Assembly (NCBI RefSeq): GCF_006345805.1
Contig: NC_042999.1
Location: 52,576,001 to 52,640,000 of the forward strand
DNA from: Octopus sinensis
Lineage: Eukaryota
Length of the DNA: 64,000 nt
Direction: 5' to 3'
The position numbers and the translations under genes were made by a program. This document shows positions 12,203 to 26,538 of the stretch, piece after piece (the first letter of the stretch is position 1; every line of letters starts with the position of its first letter). The notes below the pieces were generated by a model. The model was not told the DNA's origin. It made no database searches and worked only from the letters and a program-made list of their open reading frames with translations.

Positions 12203-14299
12203 TGCACACACACACACACACAATCTCAGTTACAGATGAATGCCATACCTACATCAACCTCACCATTCTCAGATGCATCGCTCCACACAGAAACACTCTT
12301 GGTCTCTGTACACCCTGACAGCCGTCCCCAAGCAGCTCGCTTAGTGATGTAGTCACAATCTACTGGATATCTATCGATGCCAGCAGTCAGCCAGTCTCAC
12401 AACCTCGGCTATACCCAGAGCTAATATCTGCATTATAGTAAAAGTCTCTTGTTATGAAACGCATCCTGAACTAGGATACATATTCTAACAGATGGTCATA
12501 TTTTGGATTCCTATCAGACATATATCCTACAACGGATGCAATCTAAGGTAAATATCTAAACTCTTATCATCTTTAAATATAACTCAGGTTGCCGATTTAT
12601 TTAAATTCTTGCTTCAATCAGTAACGTCAGTGAATTTACTAATAACTGCGCTTGAGATGCGAGTTGCAGTGTTTTCCACCCATGGGTAGAATCAATAACT
12701 GCTTAGCTAATCAAACTGTAACCGCCAATTAGAGGTCGTCGCCCCACGTTTGTGACTTGAGGTAAAAGACGAAATGTCCGTTTATTTCTGTGAGTTGATT
12801 ATATTTATGAGAAAATCTTAAAACTTTTAAATTTATTTTCTTCATTTCACTTTTTGTGAAAATGATTTTTCTCACAACTTGTTGAACGATCGAAACACTT
12901 CACAAATATATCCCTCCTCACCATTCAAAAAACAAAACCACACCACTGCGCTAGTGCCCCAACACCACCACACTACTTTACACAACATCGCAATAACACA
13001 ATTACTACTGCCGTCGCCGCCGCCGTCACGATGACGACGATGACGATGACGACGACCCCCCCCACCACTACCACCACTAGACGAGAGTATCACGAGACTG
13101 GTGGTTGTTTTAGACTGATTTAGGGTCGGATTGTTAAATTGTTCATTTAGGCTTCTGGGAACAGAAGTATATCGCGTCCATTAATGTTAAAAGAAGATTC
13201 GAATAGAATTGTGGATGCAGGCTGGCCGAAGAGCTGGCTTTAAAGGCCTCACCTGCTTCTTCCGATATTTCTTTATCCCTAACACCTCTTCAATATGTCA
13301 CCTGAATGCGTAATGTGGAATTGGTCAAACCACGGTGGTTCTTCCACTCAGCGTTTTCGTTCTATTATTTGCTGTGAAGAATGTTCACCATAATAATGTT
13401 CAATGGTTAGTGCGTGTGTATGTGTGTGTGTCTGTGTGTGTGTGTGTGTTTTCTCGCGCGCTTAACCGAGTTATGTTACCTGGACGGGGATATAGTAAAT
13501 GGAATCTGACCTTGTAGTTCCTGGAACAGAAAGCTTAAAGAGGCAGGATTAGGAACTGGACGAGGCCTGACGAAAAGGATCACAAACAGAAGGTGATGGA
13601 TCACATTAAAAAGTCAGAACAGATTTTGTTAGTTTTAGTAAGGAACTGGTATTAAAGATCATAGGATTGTAGAAGGAGCAAGCAGACAGACGAGGAAAGG
13701 CGATTAAAAATGAAAAGCAACATTTAATAAGTGCGACAAGCAAGAATATGTGACTACCAATTCTTCGACGCAAAACACAAGGTCGCATTGTTCAAAGGTG
13801 TGTAGGTAAGAGACACAGGACAACGAAAAGCCGTTCGGTCAGCCCATCTGGTTGACGGTAGTGCAGAAATTATTTCGGGTGCGTGCCGTCTAATATTACA
13901 AGCATATGTGTACAGTTTCTCGCGGGAATGTCGACAGATGTTTGACAAAGCGATGGGTTGAAAAAAAAACCCAACATAATAAAGATTGAATTTCAAGGCT
14001 AACGTAGATGGTGGGCTGCGTGGGAGGATGAATTAAGCCGGTGAAATATTGGAAGGTGCGAGAAGGGCAAATCACAAACTGAACTGTCTACCTTCTGAAC
14101 TTTATTGATTCATTCGAAACTTATTCGCCGCTTTTCGTCTCCCAGAACATTTCAAATGACAGAAACCTGAGAGTCTTCTTAACTAAACGAACCGACGAAT
14201 GGTGATGTTACTGAGTAAAGATCTGAACAAGGAAGGATTCGAACAGATCCAGCATAATGTTTTCATCGAAACTTTGGTGCGTGTCGTGAGTGAAGTTTG

Positions 14300-14602
14300 A
14301 AAGGAGATTATGATTATTATACTGGCATCATCTCCGTCACCATCATCATTAGCATCACCATAACCATCCTCACTCTCTTGTACCACCTCCTTTTTCCTTC
14401 TCATTTACATCGTCTTCGTCGTCGTCGTCGTCGTTGCCGTCGTGTTTATGGTCTTCGCCGTTGTCCTCTTTCTCCTCCTTCTATCCATTCACTTCCCCTC
14501 CCCTTTACACCACCACCACCACAACCAGTAGTACCACCACCATCAATGCTGCCGTTATCATCGTTGTCGTTGTCATCGTCATCGTCGTCGTCGTCGTCAT
14601 CG

Positions 14603-14653
<51 letters not shown>

Positions 14654-15330
14654 ACATCATCATCATCATCAGCATCAGCATCACTAGGGGCAGCAGCAGC
14701 AAGTGGAGCAACCCCCATTTTCATTACTACTTCAAGCAATCTGTTTCTTCTTTCCCCCCTCCCCCCACGTCACCAGCTTTATCTTCCATCCCCACCCATT
14801 CATCATCTTCTTATCTCAACAGACCTGAACGGCTGTTTTCCGCTGCCAATTTTAGTTCGTTTGTGCTTTGACTTCACCACCACCACCACCACCACCACCA
14901 CCACCACCACCACCACTACCACCACCACCACCACCACCACCACCACTACCTTTGCCAGCACCACCACAACATACACCATCTCCACAAGCAACACTATCTC
15001 CACCATTTCCATCAACAGAGTCAATAATACAACCCCACCCCACCCCACCCCACCCCAACACTACCACAAGAACAATAATAACAACTTCAGTGGTGGTTGT
15101 TATTATACCATACGCTACCATTACAATCAGCTTCACCACCACTACCACCACCACCACCAACACAAGCAACAACACCACAATTCCAACCGGCACCATCACT
15201 ATCTCCAGCCATCATCACGAAAACCACCATCATCACCACCACCACCTTCAACCGCTGTCGTCACCGCCGCTACCACCACTACCACCACCACCACAACCAC
15301 CACTACCACCAACACCACTAACCTCCGTCT
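14300..15330. repeat. Compound trinucleotide microsatellite block (CAT/GTC/CAC/CAA)
   Basis: Direct runs that generate the low-complexity 360-aa ORF. Confidence 0.9.
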
Positions 15331-16069
15331 CCTACTCCCGACCAATTTAATACTAATTCTTCTGTTGCACAACATGTAAACAACGATTGATATGTTGATG
15401 TTGAGTGGAGTCGGATGTAACTTATGGAATCGGTATTGTCTTGGAGATGGCCATGGTGTTCTGAATAAAACTGCAGACACACATATATACAAACGCACTT
15501 ACACACATGGGCTGAAAGTCGCCTACGTACACATTTACGTATACATACACAAATGCAGACGTAGTGGAGTCTCCTGGCGTCGTTGACGGATGAGTATACC
15601 ACGGTTCCTTTCTGATCAACCTGCACAATGATTTGTTCGTAGCGATCGAATGTTTATCGACATTGCATGTACAGATGTGCAAGGCATTACAGAAAAACCT
15701 GAAATAAAATATACGCATACACGAGGAATGCGTTCTAGCTTCGTTTGTCGATTGAATTTAACGAAGCAATTTGCAGCAAAACGCTCTGAAGAGGATTTGA
15801 ATCTAAATTACGAAAAGCAAGGGACATAACTCCAATAAAATCTATCGAAAAGTTTGATCGGAATGGTGAATCAACGTGGAATCGATCTAGTCTGCACAGA
15901 TTAGGGGTGAAAAACAATGAGTATGGTTCGGGTCTGTTAGTGATCCATAGCAAAATTTTTCCCTTGCTGTCTGATAGGTTTCGGATAGTATAGGCCCAGA
16001 AATGTCTAACTTAATAGCACCACCTGTTGAAGTCTTTTAGTCATAAATGGGGTACCATGGCGCACTCTA

Positions 16070-18555
16070 GAAAAGTGTTATTATTGTTGGATACATATCC
16101 GGGTATAGGAGGTTGGTCCGAAATTTTTTGAAGAAATTTGTCCAATGAACCTCTGAATTTTATGGGATCCGTTTCCGTTTTGACGTATTTTGATATGGTA
16201 TTAAAGAGAGTTGGACCGGTTGAGGTAAAGTAATTTGTGACATAATGTTATGTGTCCTGAGTTCGATTTTGTTTTAGTGGGCAGATAGCACGGGGACCAA
16301 GTCTTGGATGGATTTTAAAATTGATGCCAACATCATCTGTGCAATATTGATGTGCAATATTGATGTAGCGCTCCCGGCTGCAATGGAGAAAGTAGATATT
16401 GAGCTTTTTGAGTTGACCCCAATAGTCAATGCCTGTCATGCCGTCTATCTTTCTTGTTATTGACCTCTGGAGTGCTTCCACTTTCATAATGAGTTGCTTC
16501 GTATGGTGAGATCACACTGGGAAACAGTATTCCAGGTGGGGTCAGGCAAAAGTAGAGTAGAGAAGGATGATGGTGTTGGCATCTCTAGACCGGAAAGTTC
16601 TCAGAATCCAGGAGCACATCTTGCGTGCCAAGTCAACCTTGCTGTTTACGTGGGAACTCCAGTTTAGATTGTTATCAACAATTACTCCAAGGTCTCTGGT
16701 GTTGTTGGATGACACTAGGAAGTTACTCGAGGGAAGAGCACATGGTAATTTCAGAGTTTCCTCTTTTCCAAAGCGATTCAAATTAAACTTATCTTCATTT
16801 AGAAGATAACATTTTTTCCCGCCCATTGGACAATAGCAAACAAATCCGACTGAAGGCATGTTCGATCTCCCATACTGTTTATGATTTTCTGGAGTTTGGA
16901 ATCATCTGCAAGGATTTTTAATGTAGAATGTTTGACGACGTCTGTTGTGTCATTGATGTAGATAATGAAGAGGAGTGGACCCAACACAGTAACTTGTGGG
17001 ACACAACTACTGACTTTAACTGAGCTGGATCGGATTCCTACAAACACAACATGTTGGGTTCTGTTCGTCAGGAAACACTTTATCCACTGCAGCAGCTTAC
17101 AACGGACTCCTGTGTTGGACAGATCCTTCAGCAGGATTTTGTGGTTCACTCAGTCAAATGCCTTGCTAAATGGAGGTATGTGACGTCAGTGTTGGAGCTT
17201 TCTCCCAAAGCTTTTAAGATGTCATCAAAATGGTGCAGAAGCTGCTACAGGCAGTCCCTGCCATCACGGACACCATGCTGGTTGGAGTTCAGTACATTGT
17301 TTTCTTCGTGGAAGTGAGTTATTTGTGATCTCACCACCCTCTCAAATACTTTAATGATATGAGAAATAAGTGAAATCGGACTATAGTTCACTGCAAGAGA
17401 TTTGTTTCCATTTTTGAAGACTTAAACGACAGACTGGGAAAGAAAATGATCAGGAATTTAGCTTGCATCAGGCAAGTTTCTCCAGAGCTCAGCTAGATTG
17501 GGTGCAATTTGATGTCGACACATCTTGAGGACAGTGGCCAGGAACTTATATGACGTACTGCCGAATTGTGCTTGATCTTATTTATTTCTGCTAGGATATC
17601 AGGAGCACCAAAAGTTATGTCAGATATCATTAGTTGAGGGTTTACATCTCTGATACAAGCCAGATCAACCGCTTTAGCGTTATTGAAAACAGAGCAGTAT
17701 TGTCTCTGCAGTATCTCGCACATGGATTTTGCATCATCATGTAGAATGTTGTTCTCATCAACCAGAGGACAACAGTGGTAACAGCGACTTTATATGTTTT
17801 TGCAAATGAAAAGAACACTTTGGGATTGAGTCTTATTTTCTCAATGGCCCGACTCTCCTCAGCTGCTCTTTGACTTTTAATGATGATCAACATGCTTTTT
17901 TTTTGCGGTTGTGCTTTTTCGATTCGAGTGATGCAATAGCAGTCGAATGGGTTCATTGTTGCTGGCAGTATTCAAGCAGGTTGATTTTTTTTGTTAATTC
18001 TTTTTATTTTTCTGATAATTGCTCTTCTATCTCTAGAGATTCTGCACTTAGATTTGTATACTGATCTTAATGGAGAATTTTTTGCGTATATATTTGTTAC
18101 AGTATCTACAAATGTCTGTCATGATGTGTTTATGCTTAAGGGTGTGTGTACGTGCGTGAAGGCCCAATCAACTTGTGAAAGATCGTGATTAATCGCATCC
18201 CAGTCTGTGTTATGAAGATCCATAGTGTTAAATGGATGAGCTGGAGAGATGTCATTGGATTTGATCTTTGGGTGGTAGAATCTCAGATTGCAGAGAACCA
18301 TGTCATGGTCTGAGAGTAGCGGTGTTTTTTTCCACTGCAATCTTGAGGATAGTGTCAGTGTGGTTACTGAACACTAGGTCCCAGGTGTTTTTGTGACACC
18401 TTATTGGTTCGAGAACAAGTTGGGTCAGGAAAAACTCATCCATAAAATCAAAAATCAATTCGGTTGTTTTCTTATCAAGCGTTGGAGTGGAAAAACCTAG
18501 TTTCAAGTTGTCTGTGGACCAATCAACACTGGGAAGGTTGAATTACCCCATCATG
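16070..18555 (-). mobile_element. CR1/Jockey-group LINE ORF2 (APE endonuclease + RT), heavily degenerate
   Basis: APE remnants (G*FNLPSVDW, DLVFSN, LSDHDMV), RT (VPQVTVLGPLLFIIYIND, LADDSKL) and C-terminal RDLGVIVDNNLNWSSHV, with many stops and frameshifts. Confidence 0.9.
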
Positions 18556-18618
18556 AATATATTGTGAGCATGACACTGATAGATGAAACAATACATATAC
18601 ATATACATACATACATAC

Positions 18619-18653
<35 letters not shown>

Positions 18654-19379
18654 ATATATATATATATACATACATACGCATAATGACATGTATATACTTT
18701 TATACACACACACATATATAGTTAAATACATACACTAATATATATACTTTGTGGGTTTTCCGGTGGATGCAATAGCTAGCGGAGTTATAACCCCCATGTC
18801 GCTGGTGTTAAGGCGCCTTAGAGCCATGGACAGGCGAGATAACTCACTCTTAATCCCATTTGGATGTCATAGACATCGATGTTTCGCAATTTTTGAGGCT
18901 TATCAACACCAAATACCTGCCTGGGTTGAAGGTGGGTCAGCTAGCCAGTGCAGCGACTTATATGCTCATAGCTTATAAAATCATGAGCTGGTATGCCCGG
19001 AATTGCATACCCAAGAGAAAATTTACGCATGAAGTAAAAGTAGCTCTAGTATAATAAATACTGTTAAATGCATAGACTAACGTCTATGCTTTGTGTATAT
19101 TCCAGTGGCTGCAATGGAGCAGCGGAGTATATAACTCTAATGTCGCCGGTGTTAAGACACCGTAGAGCCAGACGAGATAACGTACCCTCAATCCCATTTG
19201 GGTGTCATGGACATCGATGTTTCGCCAGTTTTGTGACTTATCAACAACACCTACCCGCCCGAGTTGAAGGCGAGTCACAGGGGAAGACACTACTTGAAAG
19301 CTTTGGTGATTTGTTGTTGCCTGCTTTCAAGTAAAGAATAACCGGTAATTAAGAACTATCCGAGTCTTTCATGATAGAC

Positions 19380-19422
19380 AAAATAATAATAATAATACTA
19401 ATAATAATAATGATGATAATAA

Positions 19423-19510
<88 letters not shown>

Positions 19511-19622
19511 TGATGATGATGATGATGTGATGATGATGATGATGCTGCTGCTGATGATAATGATAATGATGATGATGATGACGATGATGATGATGATGAT
19601 GATAATGAAAATGATAAGGATG

Positions 19623-19658
<36 letters not shown>

Positions 19659-19915
19659 TTAATATTAATAATAATAATAATGATGATGATGATGATAATA
19701 ATAATAATAATAAAATAATAATAATAATGATGATAATAATAATGAAAATGATAATGATGATGATATAATGAAAATGATAAGGATGATAATAATAATAATA
19801 TAATAATAATAATATAATATTAATATTAATAATAATAATGATGATGATGTTAATACTAATACTAATAATAATAATAATAATGATGATAATAATAATGAAA
19901 ATGATAATGATGATG

Positions 19916-19998
<83 letters not shown>

Positions 19999-20030
19999 AA
20001 GAAGAAGAAGAAAAATAATTATAATATTAA
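19380..20030. repeat. Compound (TAA)n/(TGA)n/(GAA)n microsatellite
   Basis: Direct runs. Confidence 0.95.
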
Positions 20031-20349
20031 TTTTCGTCTTTCTTTGTCGACCAAGAGCAAGGACAAAGCAAATGTAAAAGAGGATGGGTGATGATGTAAC
20101 GACACTAATAACCTGGTGTTAGATCTCAATATACTTATGCTTCGGAACAAAACCTCAGTCTAGTCTAGAGCGGTAAGCAGTAATTAAATGACAACAGAAT
20201 TTTTTAAAAAAATGTTATGAACTTCATGAGCTAACGTCTTTTTTTGCTGTAAGATGCAATGAACTCAAAGCTGAATGCTACAAATATCTGTGTGTGTGTG
20301 TGTGCGTGTGGTGAAAGATGCGTATTAAAGATTTAGTCAACCTAAACAC

Positions 20350-22560
20350 TATTCTTATTTCTTTATTGCCCACAAGGGGCTAAACATAGAGGGGACAAAC
20401 AAGGACAGACAAAGGGATTAAGTCGATTACATCGACCCCAGTGCGTAACTGGTACTTGATTTATCGCCCCCGAAAGGATGAAAGGCAAAGTCGACCTCGG
20501 CGGAATTTGAATTCAGGGTTAATATAGGGCGTTACGATTATCAGAAAATCAAAAAAAAAATGTGTGTAATAGGTGTAAAACAACTTCCTATGAACGAATA
20601 TGAAAAAAAGAATTCGCGCACGCGAAAGGGGGGTGGGGGAGAGGCCTCGGAAAATTCACATCGGGAAGTTCCGAAAGCGTCTGAGGAGCTGACCCGGGCA
20701 CCAAAACAAAAAAAAATAGTGTAATATGTGTAAAACAACTTGCTCTAAACGAATATGACAAAAAAAATGCGCTCTCGCGAAAGAGGGGTGGGGGAGAGGC
20801 CTCGGAAAATTTATATCGGGAATTTCCGAAAGCGTCTGAGGAGCTGACCCGGGCACCAAAACAAAAAAAAAATAGTGTAATATGTGTAAAACAACTTGCT
20901 CTAAACGACTATCATGAAAAAAATGCGCGCTCGCGAAAGGGGGGTGGGGGAGAGGCTTCGGAATTTCACATCTTCAGTCCACGGCCTTTAAACTAAGAAA
21001 AAATAGTGTAATTGGTGTAAAACTACTTGTTCTAAACGAGTATCAAGAACACACACTCACACATGAATCATAAACTCCGTATTTTTGTACATATTTCGCA
21101 AAAAAAAAAATAAATAAAGAGAAGAAATTCTGAAAAAGTGAAGAAATGTTGGATCTCCGCCATGTGAATCAAAATACGTGTCAGAAACATCTTGAAATAC
21201 TACAGAAATTACGTTACGAAAATGATAATGTATACATACCTCTTTGAGTGGTCCATCGATAATGATGATAAAGAAATGAGTTGGATTTGAACTCAGAATA
21301 TTGACTAACACAACTACATACTACAAGACTCAAAATATTCAGCCAAGTCACCAACCCTTTAACTAGCAATAATAATAACATCAATAACATAACAGCCAAA
21401 AGATTTATTTGTTCTGAAAATAACAAACATAGTAAATAAATATGTTCTTTAATATTCACATTCATGTGCACAGTTAAACACACTTACATACAAATAGTCA
21501 CGCATGCATAATACAGAACGGAACACATAAATGAAGGATGCATTACTTAGTATATATTACATCTAGAGAATTTTGATTAATAAGTCAAATATGCAAATTA
21601 TAAAGATAATTAATTGCTTTACTAAACAGTGTTGTAAAGGTGAAAAAATAAGTTTGGGAAAAAATATACGCCAAAACTAATTAATAAAGGATAATTAGGG
21701 AAGGATTGACACAAAATAATAATTTTTTCTGTCTCTTTTTTTTCTGATAAATGCATCTTAATAAGTGAGAAGAATTGCATATATCTGAACTATTTCAAAG
21801 AAAAGCATAAATTTAATGTTTAAAATAGCTTTAACCAAGGAATGAGATCCAACATTTCTTCACTTTTTCCAGAATTTCTTCTCTTTATTTATTTATTTTT
21901 TTTGCGAAATATGTACAAAAATACGGAGTTTATGATTCATGTGTGAGTGTGTGTTCTTGATATTCGTTTAGAACAAGTAGTTTTACACCAATTACACTAT
22001 TTTTTCTTAGTTTAAAGGCCGTGGACTGAAGATGTGAAATTTCCGAAGCCTCTCCCCCACCCCCCTTTCGCGAGCGCGCATCTTTTTCATGATAGTCGTT
22101 TAGAGCAAGTTGTTTTACACCTATTACGCTGTTTTTGTTTTTGTTTTTGTGCCCGGTTCAGACGCTTTCGGAAATTCCCGATATAAATTTTCCGAGGCCT
22201 CTCCCCCACCCCTCTTTCGCGAGAGCGCATTTTTTTGTCATATTCGTTTAGAGCAAGTTGTTTTACACATATTACACTATTTTTTTTTGTTTTGGTGCCC
22301 GGGTCAGCTCCTCAGACGCTTTCGGAACTTCCCGATGTGAATTTTCCGAGGCCTCTCCCCCACCCCTTTTCGCGTGCGCGAATTGTTTTTTTCATATTCG
22401 TTCATAGGAAGTTGTTTTACACCTATTACACACATTTTTTTTTTGATTTTCTGATAATCGTAACGCCCTATATTAACCGAATTCAGACCGTAGCGGCAGA
22501 CGAAATACGGCTACGCATTTCGCCCGGCGTGCTAACGATTCTGCCAGCTCGCCGCCTTAT
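20350..22560 (-). mobile_element. SINE family B copy split by the foldback insertion (pieces 20350-20516 and 22479-22560)
   Basis: Joining the flanks restores ...GTCGACCTCGGCGGAATTTGAATTCAG|ACCGTAGCGGCAGACGAAATACGG..., the reverse complement of the copy at 44298-44500. Confidence 0.85.
20517..22478. mobile_element. Non-autonomous foldback-type DNA transposon (about 640-bp TIRs containing tandem subrepeats, 8-bp TSD GAATTCAG)
   Basis: Termini GGTTAATATAGGGCGTTACG / CGTAACGCCCTATATTAACC. Arms are 20517-21157 and 21844-22478. GAATTCAG lies at 20509-20516 and 22479-22486. Confidence 0.9.
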
Positions 22561-23193
22561 TTTGTCTGCCCGTCTCTGTCTCTCTCACCTGTTATCCCTC
22601 CACTAATCTCCACGGTATTTCCTTAACGATGTTGACCTCTCGTTTGCCACCCCATATCCGTGTTACAGGTAACTCTGAGAGACCTTATAGCAGAAACGTC
22701 CAACCTGAAGACTAACAGAGCCGAGACATGCAGAATCTTGTCTCAAACCTGTTGAAATCACAAACACCTCAGCTCACCTTGCTGTTAGCTGAGCTACTAA
22801 CATGACAAGAGAGTGGTAGTATCAAGCTGCTTTATTCGTCACTCACTTCATGAAGATAGAAGTATTCATATATGTCAACAAACCTATACAATAGCATCGC
22901 GCACAGACACTTCCATATATCCGCGCACACATGTAATCAGACATCTTGCACAGGCACAAACACCGACACAAATATGGCTTTTGTCCCGGCCACAACAAAC
23001 ACTAATTAAGAATAAAACGGTCCAATGCAGATCGTGAAGTGAAAGAATATAAACGGCCCAGTTCCGATGTCAACAACAGACGACTAACATCATATTTTCA
23101 ATATATCTTTATCTTCTACTCGTCTCACTCATTTGATTGCGGCCATGCTGTGGTTCTGCCTTGAAGAATTTTAGTCGAACGCATTGAGCTCAG

Positions 23194-23268
<75 letters not shown>

Positions 23269-23271
<3 letters not shown>

Positions 23272-23824
23272 AGTGAGAGAGCAGTGCATGCAATCAAATT
23301 GACACTGGGGTAAGATATACGAAGTCTAGTATACCCATCAGGACAACCCGTCTGATAAGGGTACACTAGGCACATGAATCACAACCATATGTGCGCAACA
23401 TGGTGATCTCATATAAGGATAACAGCACTTGACCTTGCAGGTGGGCCCCAGTTAGAATTTTCTTCAGGTCGAGTAACCCATCACGCTCAAAAGGTCCCTG
23501 AATAAGGGTTATTTAAGGATGTTGAACAAAACACCCATGCTTCCAGAGGTGAATTATTCAATCCCCCAAAGAATCCTTCTCAACACATGGCTATGATGCT
23601 CCCACACTACTTCTGCTCGTAATCAGAGATGCACATATCGTCAGCCACTAAGGGACATGATCAATTGGTTAAGGTCAAAGAACTGACAAGCAAATCTGTG
23701 GTATTGAGCAGAACATTTGCTGTAGCTCATCTTTTATACCAAGACAAAACAATGTACATGATAATACTTCCAATCAGTTAAGATTAGTAGCCACGAGAGC
23801 CACTGCCTGGCACTGCATCAGGGC

Positions 23825-23885
<61 letters not shown>

Positions 23886-24661
23886 GAGTGAGAGAGCAGT
23901 TCATGCCATCAAAGTGACACTGGGGTAAAATATACGAAGCTCAATATACCCATCATGACTACCCGTCTGATAAGGGTACACCAGGCACATGCATCACAAA
24001 CATATGTGCGCGACATGGTGATCTCATATCAAGATAAACAGCACATGACCTTGCAGGTGGGGCCCAGTTAGAAATTTCTTCAGGTTGAGTAGCCCATCTC
24101 GCCCGAAAAGTCCCTGAATAAGGGTTGTTTAAGGATGTTGAAAGAACCACCCATGTTTCCAGAGGTGAATTATTCAAACCCCAAAGAATCCCTCTCAACA
24201 CATGGCTATGATGCTCCCCCACTACTTCTGCTCGTGATCAGAGATGCACATATCGTCAGCCACTAAGGGACATGCTCAACTAGTTAAGGTCAAAGAACTG
24301 ACAAGCAAATCTGTGGTATTGAGCAGAATATTTGCTGTAGCCCATCTTTTATACCAAGACAAAACAACGTACATGATAATACTTCCAATCAGTTAAGATT
24401 AGTAGCCACGAGAGCCACTGCCTGGCACTGCATCAGGGCCTGGCAGAATCGTTAGCACAGCGGGCGAAATGCGTAGCCGTATTTCGTCTGCCGTTACGTT
24501 CTGGGTTCAAATTCTGCCGAGGTCGACTTTGCCTGTTATCCTTTCGGGGTCGATAAATTAAGTACCAGTCACGCAGTGGGGTCGATGTAATCGACTTAAT
24601 CCGTTTGACTTTCCTTGGTTGTCCTCTCTGTGTTTAGCCCCTTGTGGGTAGTAAAGAAATA

Positions 24662-24748
<87 letters not shown>

Positions 24749-24765
24749 CATCATCATCATCATCA

Positions 24766-24827
<62 letters not shown>

Positions 24828-25381
24828 GAGTGAGAGAGCAGTTCATGCCATCAAAGTGACACTGGGGTAAAATATACGAAGCTCAATATACCCATCATGA
24901 CTATCCGTCTGATAAGGGTACACCAGGCACATGCATCACAACCATATGTGCGCGACATGGTGATCTCATATCAAGATAAACAGCACATGACCTTGCAGGT
25001 GGGGCCCAGTTAGAAATTTCTTGAGGTTGAGTAGCCCATCCTGCTCAAAAGGTCCCTGAATAAGGGTTGTTTAAGGATGTTGAAAGAACCACCCATGTTT
25101 CCAGAGGTGAAATATTCAAACCCCAAAGAATCCCTCTCAACACATGGCTATGATGCTCCCCCACTACTTCTGCTCGTGATCAGAGATGCACATATCGTCA
25201 GCCACTAAGAGACATGCTCAACTAGTTAAGGTCAATGAACTGACAAGCAAATCTGTGGTATTGAGCAGAATATTTGCTGTAGCCCATCTTTTATACCAAG
25301 ACAAAACAACGTACATGATAACACTTCCAATCAGTTAAGATCAGAAGCCATGAGAGCCACTGCCTGGTACTGCATCAGGGC
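23269..25381. mobile_element. Three head-to-tail copies of a non-coding element of about 555 bp embedded in (TTA)n (23269-23826, 23885-24439, 24827-25381)
   Basis: Each copy begins TGAGTGAGAGAGCAG and ends CTGCATCAGGGC, with (TTA)n arrays around the copies. No recognisable protein. Confidence 0.85.
24440..24660 (+). mobile_element. tRNA-derived SINE family B
   Basis: A-box TGGCAGAATCG, B-box GTTCAAATTC and tail TTAGCCCCTTGTGGGTAGTAAAGAAAT followed by (TTA)n. Confidence 0.85.
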
Positions 25382-25588
25382 AATTATTATTATTATTATT
25401 ATTGTTATTATTATTATTATTATTATATTATTATTATTATATATTATTATTATTAAAGCCTGGTATTTATACATTTTATTCTCTTTTTTGCCAAACAACC
25501 AATTTTACGAGGAAGCAAACACAACATCAACTGTTATGCGGGGGTGGGTGGGTGGATAAACACAAACACAAAGTCGCACACACGCACA

Positions 25589-25620
<32 letters not shown>

Positions 25621-25621
<1 letters not shown>

Positions 25622-25834
25622 CCTGCATACCCACATTTGTGCGTGTGTGTGTATGACGGGGTTCTTTCAGTTTCCGACTTCCACACTCTGAAGGCTGTGG
25701 TCGGCCGATTATTTAGTAGAGAGTTGCCAAGATTCTACGCCGTGGGACTGAACACGAAACCATATACCTGGGAAGCAAAATCCTCACTACACGGCCACGC
25801 ATGCATATATATATATATATATATATAGATATAT

Positions 25835-25878
<44 letters not shown>

Positions 25879-26499
25879 ATAACAATTTAATAAATAAAAC
25901 ATATGCATACATAAATACATATATGTACATACCTACATCTATATGTATATATATATGCATATATGAGTACAGGACACCACAAATAAACGTAGAAAACAAC
26001 GAGAAACCAGAACATAAAATCAAACAAGGCAACGAACTTTTTTTAACAACGAATAAATAGAGTACAAGACAAACAATACAAGGAATATTCCCCTTCATCA
26101 GCTGCCCCTGTTTCGACTCAATGCGTGTTTCGAAGGTAAGGGCAGAACACGATCCGGCCGAAGCAATCCTTCCTGCAAAATGAATTAAATAAAATTCTTT
26201 TGCAGAGGGGTAAAAAAGTGACAAGAACAGGACGTGAAAGCAATACAAATGAAGAAAAATAAAGAATAAAAACAGGACACACACACACACACAACACACA
26301 CACACACACACACACACACCCTGCATACCCACATTTGTGCGTGTGTGTGTATGACGGGGTTCTTTCAGTTTCCGACTTCCACACTCTGAAGGCTGTGGTC
26401 GGCCGATTATTTAGTAGAGAGTTGCCAAGATTCTACGCCGTGGGACTGAACACGAAACCATATACCTGGGAAGCAAAATCCTCACTACACGGCCACGCA

Positions 26500-26538
<39 letters not shown>

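Noticed and set aside
14297-15379. 360-aa ORF, the longest non-LINE ORF in the track
   Set aside because: Almost entirely translated trinucleotide microsatellite (poly-S/T/H/R), with overlapping low-complexity ORFs in other frames.
23269-25381. Regularly spaced repeats that might suggest CRISPR arrays (also 2955-3013, 20600-20960 and 30070-30155)
   Set aside because: Eukaryotic context, no unique spacers between short constant repeats, and no cas genes.
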